Of a DNA stretch of 64,000 nucleotides, positions 36,971 to 47,586 are shown piece after piece. Position 1 is the first letter of the stretch; every line of letters starts with the position of its first letter. The position numbers and the translations under genes were made by a program. Origin of the DNA: Longimicrobiales bacterium (lineage in GTDB: Bacteria > Gemmatimonadota > Gemmatimonadetes > Longimicrobiales > Gaopeijiaceae); contig JAWLHJ010000005.1 of NCBI GenBank assembly GCA_041690395.1, positions 552,134-616,133 of the forward strand. The letters run 5' to 3'. The notes beneath the pieces are model-generated. The model ran no database searches, was not told the DNA's origin, and worked only from the letters and a program-made list of their open reading frames with translations.

Positions 36971-37428
36971 GCGAGAACGGACGACAAGTCGTGGCGCGCA
37001 ATCGAAAGGCGCGGCACGAGTTCGATATTCTGGAGACCTTCGAGGCCGGGTTGGTCCTCAAGGGACCCGAGGTGAAGTCGTTGCGTGAGGGTCAGGTCTC
37101 CTTCCAGGACGCGTTCGCTCGCATCGAGCGGGGGGAGGCATGGCTCTACAGCCTGCACATCAGCCCCTACGAGCAGGCCAACCGGGCCAACGTCGACCCG
37201 CTCCGTACCCGCCGGCTCCTCCTGCACAAGCACGAGATCCGGAAGCTCGTCGGCCAGGTCGAGGAGAAGGGACTCACCCTCGTTCCCCTCGATATCTACT
37301 TCGTGCGCGGATACGCGAAAACGACCATCGCCGTGGCCCGTGGGCGGAAGCTGCACGACAAGCGTGAGGCGCTGAAGCGGAAGCAGCAGGACCGTGAGGC
37401 CCGGCGGGCCGTGGAGTCGCACCGATGA
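36967..37428 (+). CDS. smpB: SsrA-binding protein SmpB
   Basis: GTG 36967; NRKARHEF.I.E.FEAGLVL.G.EVKSLR, HISPY, LLLHK.EI, G.TLVP, GRKLHDKRE. Confidence 0.96.
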   Translation: MSENGRQVVARNRKARHEFDILETFEAGLVLKGPEVKSLREGQVSFQDAFARIERGEAWLYSLHISPYEQANRANVDPLRTRRLLLHKHEIRKLVGQVEEKGLTLVPLDIYFVRGYAKTTIAVARGRKLHDKREALKRKQQDREARRAVESHR

Positions 37429-38726
37429 GGCGGCCGGCACGCTCGGTAGGGCGCTGGGCCGTGACGCTCGCTGCCGCACTCCTCCTCCTGCCCCTCCCGG
37501 CTTCGAGCCAGGACGGTCGCTCAGGGTCCACCGCCGGGACGCTCCGGGTGGAGCGTGAGGACGGATCGGTCGAAGGCCTGCCCCTGGCGACCCAGCGTGG
37601 ATATGCCACGCTTTCGGTCTCCACGTTCCGAGACCTCGGATGGACGGTCGACGAGGCCGGCGACGGCGTCACGCTCCGGATCCCGGACCGCGCGACCGCG
37701 ACCTTCCTGGTGGGCTCCCCGTTCTTCCGCTGGGACGGCCGCCCGTTCCAGCTCGTGGACGTTCCCTACCGCGAAGGCGGAGAGGTGTACCTGCCGGCGC
37801 AGGTCATGACCGACTTCTTTCCGGAGCACCTGCCCGAGTACTACGACTACGACACGGGGAACGGCCGCCTCCGGGCGGGTGACCCGAGGCGGATCGCCTC
37901 TTCCGGGCCGGTCGAGGCGCCGTCGCAAGGCTCGGGCGGCGTCAAGCCGTCCGGCACGACCGCGACGCCGCAGGACGATCCGGCGCTCACCCGTCCGAGC
38001 GTCTACGACGGTGTGCGGGTGGTCTGGATCGACGCGGGCCACGGGGGAGCCGACCCGGGTGCCATCGGTCACGGCGTGCGGGAGAAGGACGTCGCGCTCG
38101 GCGTCGCGCGCCGGCTGGCGGAGGTCCTGAAGGACGAGCCGCGGATCGAGGTGCGCATGACCCGCGAAGACGACGGCTTCGTCGAGCTCTGGGAACGGGG
38201 CCTCTTGGCCACCGACGCGAAGGGGGAGCGCCCCGGGATCTTCGTGTCGATCCACGCCAACTCCTTCCCCGCCCGCCGCACCACACGTGGCTTCGAGACC
38301 TACTTTCTCTCGGAGGCCCGGACGGAAGACGAGCGCCGCGTCTCCGCGGTGGAGAACGCGCCGCTGACGATCCGCGGACGAGGGGTGGACGCGAGCCGCC
38401 AGTCCGATCTCGACTTCATCCTCCGGGAGCTGCGGAACTTCGACCACGCGCACTGGTCGGCTCTGCTCGCCGGCATGGTGCAGGACGAGCTGGCGAAGTT
38501 CCACCCGGGTCCGAACCGGGGGGTGAAGCAGGCTCCCCTGGCCGTGCTCACCAACGCGATCATGCCCTCGGTGCTGGTCGAAGTCGGCTTCGTGACGAAC
38601 GAGGCCGAGGCACGCCTGATGACTCAGGCCGACTTCCAGGACCGGACGGCGCGGGGCATCGCCAACGCGGTGATGTCTTTCCTGGAACGGTATCCACCGG
38701 GGAGCGGGCTCGGAGGCTCGCGCTGA
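37425..38726 (+). CDS. N-acetylmuramoyl-L-alanine amidase (Amidase_3)
   Basis: Signal peptide; IDAGHGG.DPGA, EKDV.L, FVSIHAN, GFETY, PSVLVEVGF.TN. Confidence 0.92.
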   Translation: MRRPARSVGRWAVTLAAALLLLPLPASSQDGRSGSTAGTLRVEREDGSVEGLPLATQRGYATLSVSTFRDLGWTVDEAGDGVTLRIPDRATATFLVGSPFFRWDGRPFQLVDVPYREGGEVYLPAQVMTDFFPEHLPEYYDYDTGNGRLRAGDPRRIASSGPVEAPSQGSGGVKPSGTTATPQDDPALTRPSVYDGVRVVWIDAGHGGADPGAIGHGVREKDVALGVARRLAEVLKDEPRIEVRMTREDDGFVELWERGLLATDAKGERPGIFVSIHANSFPARRTTRGFETYFLSEARTEDERRVSAVENAPLTIRGRGVDASRQSDLDFILRELRNFDHAHWSALLAGMVQDELAKFHPGPNRGVKQAPLAVLTNAIMPSVLVEVGFVTNEAEARLMTQADFQDRTARGIANAVMSFLERYPPGSGLGGSR

Positions 38727-40066
38727 TGCGAGCTCCCGTGAGGAAGGCCGGAGCGGCCCTCACGGGGGTCTTCCTTCTCGGGGCCGCGTGCACGTACTAC
38801 AACGCGATCTACAACGCCGAGCACCTCTTCGAGGAGGCCGAGCGCCTCAGACGCGAAGGGCGCGACTCGCTGGCGGCCGCGCGATACGAGGACGTGATCC
38901 GGAAGGCCGCGGACGGCTTCCGTAGCGATCCGACCGGCGGGTGGGCGTACGAGTCGTCCTACCTCCTGGGGCGGGCGCACCTGAGGCGAGGTGATCTCGA
39001 TGCGGCCCGCGCGGCACTCGGGCACAGCGCCGGGCTCGCCGAGAACCCGGACGAGCGGCTGGCCGCCCAGGTCTACGAGGGGGTCGTCGAGGCACGCCTC
39101 GGTCACGGCGACGCCGCGATCGCGCTCTTCAACGAGGCTCTGGCGGGCGCGGCCGACCCGGCCGTGCGCGGCGAGGGCCACCTGCACCGAGGACGTCTGC
39201 TCCTCGAGCGCGGGCAGACCGACGCGGGGTGGTGGGACCTCGACCGGGCGGCGTCCGTCTACCCGCCCATCCGCGTGGAGGCCGACCTAGAGCGACTCTC
39301 GTGGGGCATCGAGCGCGGGGAGCCGATACGCGTGAGGGAGTCCGTCCGCCGCTTGCTCTCGTATCCCGAAGCGGCACGCCGAGCCGACGAGGTCGTGCGT
39401 CTCCTCCGCGGCGCGGAGCGAAGGTGGGGAAGCAACACTGGCGCGGCCTTCCTCGACGGCGCCGAGGGTGCGGCGTGGGAGCGGGACGTCCGCGACCGGA
39501 TGGTCCTCGAGCAGGCGCGCATGCTGTGGCGGGCAGGCGGGGCGGCCGAGGCCGAGGAGCGGGCGCGGTCGGTTGCGGACGGACGCGGACCGTGGGCGGC
39601 CGAGGCGCGCGTCACCCTGGCGTCGTGGACGCTCGAGGCGGCGGACGACGTCGGCGACATCTTCGGGCTGCGCGCGGTCCTGCTGCCGGCCGTGGACCGG
39701 CAGGAAGTCTCGGGGTTGCTCGCCGACATCGAGCGACTCGAGGCGCTCGCCTTCGCGGGACTCGACGACCCGCTCGCATGGTTCCTCGCCGGGGAGATCG
39801 CCCGCGACGCGGTCGGCGCGCCCCGCGTGGCCCGTGACCTGTTCCTCGCCTACGCGACGAGTGCCCAGGACGAGCCCTGGGCTCCGAAGGCCCTGCTCGC
39901 GGCGCTCCAGCTCACCGACGACGAGGCCGGGCGGGCGCGTCTCCTGGAGCGTCTGGAGCGCCACCCCCGAAGTCCTTACGTTCTGGCCGCGCGCGGCCGT
40001 CCGGCCGTGGGCTTCGAGGCGCTCGAGGAGGAGCTGTTGTCCAGACTTTCCGGGATCCGGCGTTGA
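38726..40066 (+). CDS. TPR-like lipoprotein
   Basis: Lipobox GAAC-TYYN..YNA; Ala/Leu-rich helical repeats. Confidence 0.72.
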   Translation: MRAPVRKAGAALTGVFLLGAACTYYNAIYNAEHLFEEAERLRREGRDSLAAARYEDVIRKAADGFRSDPTGGWAYESSYLLGRAHLRRGDLDAARAALGHSAGLAENPDERLAAQVYEGVVEARLGHGDAAIALFNEALAGAADPAVRGEGHLHRGRLLLERGQTDAGWWDLDRAASVYPPIRVEADLERLSWGIERGEPIRVRESVRRLLSYPEAARRADEVVRLLRGAERRWGSNTGAAFLDGAEGAAWERDVRDRMVLEQARMLWRAGGAAEAEERARSVADGRGPWAAEARVTLASWTLEAADDVGDIFGLRAVLLPAVDRQEVSGLLADIERLEALAFAGLDDPLAWFLAGEIARDAVGAPRVARDLFLAYATSAQDEPWAPKALLAALQLTDDEAGRARLLERLERHPRSPYVLAARGRPAVGFEALEEELLSRLSGIRR

Positions 40067-40977
40067 AGCTGGCCACCGACCTGTTCGGGGTGACGTTCCA
40101 GAACCCCGTGCTGCTCGCGGCGGGCACGTGCGGCTTCGGCCTGGAGCTGGCCGACGTGCTGGACCTCGAGTCGCTCGGCGGCTTCGTGACGAAGTCCGTC
40201 ACGGTGGAGCCTCGCGCCGGCAACCCCGCCCCCAGGGTGGCCGAGTTCGACGGCGGCATGATCAACTCCGTCGGCCTCGCCAATCCGGGTCTGGCCGCGA
40301 CCCGGCGGGACAAGCTCCCGTGGCTTGCCGCCAACGTACGGCGGGCGCACGTCTTCGTGAGCGTGGCGGGCCACACCGTGGAGGAGTTCTTCGCCCTGGT
40401 CGAGGGGTTGGACGGGGCGGACGGCTTCCTCGGCTTCGAGCTCAACCTCTCCTGCCCCAACGACCGGGACCGCGCGGGGGTGCCGTTCGCGCTCGACCCC
40501 GATCAGGTCCGCGCCATCGTGTCCGGATGCCGGAGCCGCACCGAGCGACCGCTGCTCGCCAAGCTGGCCCCGAACGACACCCGACTCGCCGTGACGGTGA
40601 AGACCGCGGAGGACGCGGGCGCCGACGGCCTCACCCTGGTGAACACGCTCCCCGGCCTGCTGCTGCGCGCGGATGACGGCGCACCGGTCATCGGGGCGGG
40701 CCAGGGCGGTGTCAGTGGACCGGCGCTCCGACCGGCCGGCGTGCGGGCCGTGCGCGAGGCCCGGACGCACACCGCGCTCCCGCTGGTCGGCGTCGGGGGG
40801 ATCTCGCGCGCGGAGGACGCCGTGGGGTACGCGCGGGCCGGGGCGCTCCTGGTGCAGATCGGCACTGCGTCGTTCGCTCTGCCGACCACCGGAACGCGCC
40901 TGGCGCGGGAGCTCGAGCGATGGGGCCGGGCTCGCGGCGTGTCGGCCTGGCGGGACCTCCAGCCGGTGAGGGCCTGA
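40063..40977 (+). CDS. pyrD: Dihydroorotate dehydrogenase, family 1
   Basis: NPVLLAAGT, TKSVT..PR.GNP.PR, NSVGLANPG, ELNLSCPN, KL.PN, NT, GGVSG. Confidence 0.92.
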   Translation: MKLATDLFGVTFQNPVLLAAGTCGFGLELADVLDLESLGGFVTKSVTVEPRAGNPAPRVAEFDGGMINSVGLANPGLAATRRDKLPWLAANVRRAHVFVSVAGHTVEEFFALVEGLDGADGFLGFELNLSCPNDRDRAGVPFALDPDQVRAIVSGCRSRTERPLLAKLAPNDTRLAVTVKTAEDAGADGLTLVNTLPGLLLRADDGAPVIGAGQGGVSGPALRPAGVRAVREARTHTALPLVGVGGISRAEDAVGYARAGALLVQIGTASFALPTTGTRLARELERWGRARGVSAWRDLQPVRA

Positions 40978-41711
40978 TGGCCGAAGTGATCGTGGCGCTC
41001 GACGTGCCGAGCGCGGAGGAGGCCAGAGCGCTCGTCCGCCGCATCGGTGATCGTGGCGACTTCTACAAGGTCGGCCTCGAGCTCTACACCCGGGCGGGCC
41101 CGGACTTCGTGCGCGAGCTGAGGGCGGCCGGAAAGCGGGTCTTCCTCGACCTCAAGCTCCACGACATCCCCAACACCGTGGCGTCGGCGGTCCGGGCCGC
41201 CTCGGATCTCGGTGTGGACCTGCTGACCGTGCACGCGGTCGGCGGTCCGTCGATGCTCGAGGCCGCGGTCGAAGCGGCCGGGGATGCGCCTGCGGCCGGC
41301 AGCGACCCGTCCGCGCTCCGCCTGCTCGCCGTCACGGTGCTGACGTCCCTCGACGCCGCGGAGCTCGGCGGTGTCTGGGGCCGAGCCACCGTTTCCGTGC
41401 CCGACGAGGTCCGCCGCCTCACGGACCTCGCCGTGCGGGCGCGCGTGCACGGGGTGGTCTGCTCGGCGGCCGAGGCCGCCGGCGTGCGAGCGTCCGCGCC
41501 CCCCGAGCTCGTCATCGTCACGCCGGGCATCCGGCCCGCCGGAGCCGACGTCGGCGACCAGAAGCGTGTCGCGACGCCTGCCGCCGCGGCTCGGGCCGGA
41601 GCGGACTACCTCGTCCTGGGGCGGGCCGTCACCCGTGCGCCCGACCCCGCGCGGGCCCTGGCGGACGTTCTCACCGAGATCCAGGCCTCGCACCAGATGC
41701 CTCAGCAGTAG
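40977..41711 (+). CDS. pyrF: Orotidine-5'-phosphate decarboxylase
   Basis: IVALD, KVGLEL, FLDLKLHDIPNTV, VTVLTS, TPGIR, DQKR..TP, GR.VT. Confidence 0.95.
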   Translation: MAEVIVALDVPSAEEARALVRRIGDRGDFYKVGLELYTRAGPDFVRELRAAGKRVFLDLKLHDIPNTVASAVRAASDLGVDLLTVHAVGGPSMLEAAVEAAGDAPAAGSDPSALRLLAVTVLTSLDAAELGGVWGRATVSVPDEVRRLTDLAVRARVHGVVCSAAEAAGVRASAPPELVIVTPGIRPAGADVGDQKRVATPAAAARAGADYLVLGRAVTRAPDPARALADVLTEIQASHQMPQQ

Positions 41712-41737
41712 GCCTCCTACTCCAGCCCGACCCATCC

Positions 41738-43171
41738 ATGCCGCTTACGCTCCACAACACCGCCGCCCGGGCGCTGCAGACGTTCGAGCCTCTCGAAGAG
41801 GGCAGGGTCCGCGTCTACGCGTGCGGACCGACCATCTACGACCACGCCCACATCGGCAACTTCAGGACCTTCCTCTTCTTCGATCTGGTCCATCGGTACC
41901 TGGAGTGGTCGGGCTACGACGTGCGTTTCGTGATGAACCTCACGGACGTCGACGACAAGACCATCAAAGGCGCGCGCGAGGCCGGGGTGAGCGTGCGGGA
42001 CTTCACCGAGCCCTACGGCGAGGCCGTGCTCCACGACGCCGGCGTGCTGGGCGTCCGTCCGGTCGACGCCTATCCGCGCGCCACGGAGTACGTCCGCCCG
42101 ATGATCGAGTTCATCGAGCGCCTCGTCGCTTCGGGGCATGCCTACCAGGCCGACGACGGCGCGGTCTACTTCTCGATTGCGAAGTTCCCGGACTACGGCA
42201 AGCTGAAGGGGATCGACCTCTCGACGCTGCGGAGCGGCGCGCGCGTCGCCCAGGACGAGTATTCGAAAGACGATGCCCGTGACTTCGTGCTGTGGAAGGC
42301 GGCCACGCCGGACGACGAGGCGGCGGGCGCTGCCTGGGACTCGCCGTGGGGGCGGGGACGTCCCGGATGGCACTTGGAGTGCTCGGTCATGAGTGTAACC
42401 GAGCTGGGCGACACCCTCGATCTCCACCTGGGCGGCGAGGACCTCGTGTTCCCGCATCACGAGAACGAGATCGCGCAGTCGGAGGCGGCCACCGGAAAAC
42501 CCTTCGTCCGGTACTGGCTGCACGTGAAGCATCTGTTCGTCGAGGGCAAGAAGATGTCGAAGTCGCTCGGCAACTTCATCACCGTCCGTGAGCTTCTCGA
42601 CGAAGGATACGACCCTGCCGCCATACGGCATCTCCTCATCTCGTCGCACTACCGGGGCGACCTGAACTTCACGCGCGACGGTCTCGCGTCCTCCGGCGCG
42701 GCGGTCCAGCGGCTGCTCGACTTCGAAGCGCGTCTCGAAGAGATCGCGACCGACGATGCATCCGATCCCACGCGCTTGCCCGAGCTGGCGGACGGTGCGC
42801 TCGAGCGGTTTCGCTCCGCCATGGACGCGGACCTCAACACGGCGGACGCGCTCGCCGCCGTGTTCACGTTCGTCAGTGGCGTGCACGGCGAGCTGCGGGG
42901 GCGCGACGCCGTCCGCGCGGCGGAGCGCGACAAGGCGCTCGCAGCCCTCCGCTCGATGGACGAGGTGCTGGGGCTCCTCGAGGTCGCCCACGCGAGCCGG
43001 TCCGTAGACGACGACCTGGCGTCCTGGGTGGAGGAGCGCATCGAGGCGCGCGCCGCGGCGAGGGCCCGGAAGGACTTCGCCGAGGCGGACGCCATCCGCG
43101 ACGAGCTCACCGAGCGCGGCATCGTCCTCGAGGACGGCGCGGGAGGAACGCGCTGGAAGGTGATCGGCTAG
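41738..43171 (+). CDS. cysS: Cysteine-tRNA ligase
   Basis: CGPTIYD.AHIGN, DFVLWK, GRPGWHLECS, FPHHENE, KMSKS. Confidence 0.97.
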   Translation: MPLTLHNTAARALQTFEPLEEGRVRVYACGPTIYDHAHIGNFRTFLFFDLVHRYLEWSGYDVRFVMNLTDVDDKTIKGAREAGVSVRDFTEPYGEAVLHDAGVLGVRPVDAYPRATEYVRPMIEFIERLVASGHAYQADDGAVYFSIAKFPDYGKLKGIDLSTLRSGARVAQDEYSKDDARDFVLWKAATPDDEAAGAAWDSPWGRGRPGWHLECSVMSVTELGDTLDLHLGGEDLVFPHHENEIAQSEAATGKPFVRYWLHVKHLFVEGKKMSKSLGNFITVRELLDEGYDPAAIRHLLISSHYRGDLNFTRDGLASSGAAVQRLLDFEARLEEIATDDASDPTRLPELADGALERFRSAMDADLNTADALAAVFTFVSGVHGELRGRDAVRAAERDKALAALRSMDEVLGLLEVAHASRSVDDDLASWVEERIEARAAARARKDFAEADAIRDELTERGIVLEDGAGGTRWKVIG

Positions 43172-43190
43172 CGGGTTAGTTTCGCCGAGC

Positions 43191-43263
43191 GCTGGCGTAG
43201 CTCAACTGGTAGAGCAGCTGCCTTGTAAGCAGCAGGTTGGGGGTTCGAGTCCCTTCGCCAGCT
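43191..43263 (+). tRNA. tRNA-Thr(TGT)
   Basis: GCTGGCG/CGCCAGC acceptor stem; anticodon arm GCTGC-CT TGT AA-GCAGC; TTCGAGT loop; CCA not encoded. Confidence 0.95.
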
Positions 43264-43275
43264 TCGACCATTACA

Positions 43276-43680
43276 TCAGAACGCCGGCGGCGACGCTGTC
43301 CGGCGCACGCCGCGGAAGCTCGCCCGTGTCCCGTCGGGGATGTCCACCCGGCCCGCGAGCTCGTCGCCTTCGAGCCGGCCCTCGAACCCGACCGGGTACC
43401 ATTCACCTTCGACCTCCACGAAGATCTCGAACGTGAAGCCGTCCGCGGTGATCGTTCCTTCGTCGAAATCGGTACGGTAGCCGAGCGCGGTACCGGAGGT
43501 GCCGCGGAGCGTCGTCCCGTCCGGCGTGAGCTGGACCGGAAGGCTCACCGTCCCCTGGGTACTCGAGAAGGTGAGCGTCCAGGCTCCCTCGAGGGTCTCG
43601 GCCGCGTCCTGAGCCGACGCGGGAGCGAAACCGATGGTCAGCAGCGCGAGAGACAGGGCCCACGCGAACGGGGTCTTCAT
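43276..43680 (-). CDS. Secreted beta-rich hypothetical protein
   Basis: GGAG SD then ATG 43680; signal peptide ..PASA-QD; G.W.L...; F.G..EGD.L.G motifs. Confidence 0.7.
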   Translation of the reverse strand: MKTPFAWALSLALLTIGFAPASAQDAAETLEGAWTLTFSSTQGTVSLPVQLTPDGTTLRGTSGTALGYRTDFDEGTITADGFTFEIFVEVEGEWYPVGFEGRLEGDELAGRVDIPDGTRASFRGVRRTASPPAF

Positions 43681-43791
43681 GTGGTCACTCCGGAGGATCG
43701 AGTGGCATGGGGCTATTCGTGCCCCTGGACGCGGCATCCTACTGCGCGGTGGGCGATCACGCGATACCGTCGCGGGACCGGAGTGCGGCCC

Positions 43792-43820
43792 TTTACGCTC
43801 AGGGGGGCACCGATTACCTT
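43792..43820 (+). promoter_or_regulatory. Putative sigma70 promoter for tRNA-Tyr-Gly-Thr-tuf
   Basis: TTTACG, 17-bp spacer, TACCTT (same -10 as the rpsL promoter). Confidence 0.55.
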
Positions 43821-43944
43821 CCAAAGCTCGTTCATAAAGGCCGCCCCAGGCACGTGGAGGCGGCTCTTTTCCGCACCCGGGGTCTCGGCTTCGAACGCGG
43901 GGTTGAACGGGTGCCCCGGCAGTGATCGTTCGGGAGCACGTGAA

Positions 43945-44026
43945 GGTGGGGTACCGAAGCGGTCAAACGGGGCAGACTGTAAATCTGCTGGCATAGCCTT
44001 CGGAGGTTCGAATCCTCCCCCCACCA
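43945..44026 (+). tRNA. tRNA-Tyr(GTA)
   Basis: GGTGGGG/CCCCACC acceptor; GCAGA-CT GTA AA-TCTGC; long variable arm; GGTTCGAATCC. Confidence 0.95.
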
Positions 44027-44104
44027 TGGTGAAGGCGCAGGACACGGTCGATGTCGACCACCCTGGTGTGAGACGGGGCGTGGACGGCGGCCGAGGAAGG
44101 CATC

Positions 44105-44178
44105 GCGGGAGTAGCTCAGTTGGCTAGAGCATCAGCCTTCCAAGCTGAGGGTCGCGGGTTCGAGTCCCGTCTCCCGCT
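44105..44178 (+). tRNA. tRNA-Gly(TCC)
   Basis: GCGGGAG/CTCCCGC acceptor; TCAGC-CT TCC AA-GCTGA. Confidence 0.95.
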
Positions 44179-44217
44179 TGATGTGTAGTGAGGTGTTGGT
44201 ACGGTGGGTGATGTCCC

Positions 44218-44289
44218 GCTCTGGTAGCTCAGTGGTAGAGCGCCTCCTTGGTAAGGAGGAGGTCGCGGGTTCAATCCCCGCCCAGAGCT
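44218..44289 (+). tRNA. tRNA-Thr(GGT)
   Basis: GCTCTGG/CCAGAGC acceptor; CCTCC-TT GGT AA-GGAGG. Confidence 0.95.
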
Positions 44290-44389
44290 CTGGTGCCACG
44301 GCACCTTGTTGATCACGCGCTGCGTGAACCTGGTCGCGGGAGTACGACGTTCCCGCTTTTCGAAAGCCTAACGATCCAAGAGGGCAACG

Positions 44390-45580
<1,191 letters not shown>

Positions 45581-45589
45581 GACGGACGT

Positions 45590-45768
45590 GTTGGGCGGGA
45601 CCTGCGCGCCAGCCGCGGGGTCCTCATCCGACTCGGGCCGCTACGCCGGTGGGTGGGCGGGTTCGGGAGGCAGCTTGGAGGCTCCGCTCTGCGGAGGGCC
45701 GAGCGAATCCCTCCGCAGAGCCGCTCGCTGGATGAGGACCCCGCGGCAGGCGCGCAGGCCCGACGAAC
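45590..45768. repeat. ~175-bp element with long imperfect terminal inverted repeats directly after tuf
   Basis: GGGACCTGCGCGCCAGCCGCGGGGTCCTCATCC (45597-45629) vs GGATGAGGACCCCGCGGCAGGCGCGCAGGCCC (45730-45761); internal CTCTGCGGAGGG/CCCTCCGCAGAG hairpin. The same left part follows the second tuf. Confidence 0.75.
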
Positions 45769-45960
45769 CAGGCGGTTCGACGATCACCGGAGCACCTGCC
45801 CGCGCTTCGCGCGAGACAGGTGTAAGGGAAGGCGGGAGCGAAGCTCCCTCCATTATATTGAGCGGCTGCAGTTTGGTACGAGGGAGCAAGGCGGGCCGGC
45901 TTCGTTCCGGGGCGCGACGGTGGGACCGACCGAAAGGGCGCTCCGAACCGTTCTGGTGAA

Positions 45961-46104
45961 GGGCCGTGTGGACACGGACCTCCGCTTAAGCGAGGCTCTG
46001 CCGCGCGTAGCGGCAGAGTGAGGCACCGGAGGAAGTAAGAAGTAGTAGTTGAAGGATGCGGCCGAACGGCCGAGCGGTAGCGGAGGTCCGTGTTCACACG
46101 GCCC
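45961..46104. repeat. Long hairpin element with 26-bp arms upstream of rpmG
   Basis: GGGCCGTGTGGACACGGACCTCCGCT (45961-45986) / AGCGGAGGTCCGTGTTCACACGGCCC (46079-46104), one G-U type mismatch; encloses two small hairpins and a purine-rich loop. Confidence 0.75.
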
Positions 46105-46185
46105 CCCACCACAAAAAACGAAACGGACGGAACGCCCAGGTGTTCCATCCGTACACAGAGTGGCCCGGAACGCAGAGGCCAGGAC

Positions 46186-46335
46186 ATGAGAGACAAGATT
46201 ATTCTCGCCTGCCAGGAATGCCAGGAGAGGAACTACAACCAGACGAAGAACAAGCGTCTGCATCCGGAACGGGTGGAGTACAAGAAGTACTGCCGCCGGT
46301 GCCGCCAGCACACGCCCCATAAGGAGACGAAGTAG
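46186..46335 (+). CDS. rpmG: 50S ribosomal protein L33 (Zn-binding C+ form)
   Basis: [17 protein letters not shown]...[23 protein letters not shown]. Confidence 0.95.
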   Translation: MRDKIILACQECQERNYNQTKNKRLHPERVEYKKYCRRCRQHTPHKETK

Positions 46336-46340
46336 GTCTC

Positions 46341-46553
46341 ATGGCCGTCGTCGACAAAGTCCGAGACACGAAGGTCTTTCTGGAGGAGTGCTGGATCGAG
46401 CTCCAGAAGGTCACGTGGCCGGACATGGATCAGCTCCGTAGCGCGACCATCGTGGTCATCCTGTTCACGATCGCGATCTCGCTCGTCATCTGGTTGATGG
46501 ACTCTACGGTGAGCTTCCTCGTCGACACGATCATGGGAGTCTTTGGGGCCTGA
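46341..46553 (+). CDS. secE: Preprotein translocase SecE
   Basis: EL.KVTWP followed by a single TM; canonical position before nusG. Confidence 0.93.
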   Translation: MAVVDKVRDTKVFLEECWIELQKVTWPDMDQLRSATIVVILFTIAISLVIWLMDSTVSFLVDTIMGVFGA

Positions 46554-47107
46554 TGGCTGATCGAATGACTGAAGCTCGGTGGTATGCGGTCCAGACCTAC
46601 TCGGGGCACGAGAACAAGGTCCAGAAGCTGATCCAGCTCAAGATTGCGGATCAGCCCGGACCCGAGGAGGACCGCGAGATCAAGGACGTGATCGTTCCTA
46701 CCCAGGAGGTCACGGAGATCCGGAACGGGAAGCGCGTGCAGGTGACGCGGCGTCTCTATCCCGGGTACGTCCTGGCGCACATGGTGCTCAACGACCGCAC
46801 CAGCCACACGATCAACAACATTCAGGGCGTCATCAAGTTCGTAGGGCAGGGCAAGGAGCCGCAGCCGCTCCGAGAGGAAGAGATCAACAAGATCCTCGGC
46901 GTCGAGATCGAGACCGAGGATGAGCAGAAAGAGGAGATTCCCTTCCACATCGATCAGGTGGTCGAGGTCACGAAGGGGCCGTTCACCGACTTCAGCGGAA
47001 CGGTGCAGGAGGTCTATCCGGACAAGGGCAAGGTGAAGGTGGAAGTCTCACTCTTCGGCCGTCCGACTTCGGTGGAGCTCGACTACACGGACCTGAAGGG
47101 ATACTGA
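46553..47107 (+). CDS. nusG: Transcription factor NusG
   Basis: [38 protein letters not shown]. Confidence 0.97.
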   Translation: MADRMTEARWYAVQTYSGHENKVQKLIQLKIADQPGPEEDREIKDVIVPTQEVTEIRNGKRVQVTRRLYPGYVLAHMVLNDRTSHTINNIQGVIKFVGQGKEPQPLREEEINKILGVEIETEDEQKEEIPFHIDQVVEVTKGPFTDFSGTVQEVYPDKGKVKVEVSLFGRPTSVELDYTDLKGY

Positions 47108-47120
47108 GGGGCGACGAAGC

Positions 47121-47546
47121 ATGGCGAAGAAGGTTGTTGGGTTCATCAAGCTCCATGTGCCGGGCGGGCAAGCCAATCCGGCGCCGCCGGTCGGCCCCGC
47201 GCTGGGTCAGCACGGCGTCAACATCATGGAGTTCTGCAAGCAGTTCAACGCGAGGACTCAGGACCGGCAGGGCATTACGACGCCTGTCGAGATCACGGTC
47301 TTCGGAGATCGCTCCTTCACGTTCATCACCAAGACGCCTCCGGCGGCGGTGCTGATCAAGAGAGCCATCAACGTGCCGAAGGGCGCGGGCGTCCCGAACC
47401 GGGACAAGGTGGGCAAGATCTCCCGGAAGCAGCTCGAGGAGATCGCGCAGACCAAGATGGAAGACCTCAACGCCAACGATCTGGCCGCCGCGGTGAAGAT
47501 GATCGCCGGGACGTGCCGCTCGATGGGCGTCGAGGTGGCAGGCTAA
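47121..47546 (+). CDS. rplK: 50S ribosomal protein L11
   Basis: [38 protein letters not shown]. Confidence 0.98.
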   Translation: MAKKVVGFIKLHVPGGQANPAPPVGPALGQHGVNIMEFCKQFNARTQDRQGITTPVEITVFGDRSFTFITKTPPAAVLIKRAINVPKGAGVPNRDKVGKISRKQLEEIAQTKMEDLNANDLAAAVKMIAGTCRSMGVEVAG

Positions 47547-47586
47547 TCAAGACGATTCGAAGCTTGGCTTCGGCCCGCACCACTGA

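Noticed and set aside
36967..37428. tmRNA gene next to smpB
   Set aside because: smpB overlaps coding genes on both sides, leaving no room and no ssrA-like ends.
40063..40977. Missing pyrK next to the family-1 pyrD as a novelty
   Set aside because: pyrK may lie elsewhere in the genome; this cannot be judged from one window.
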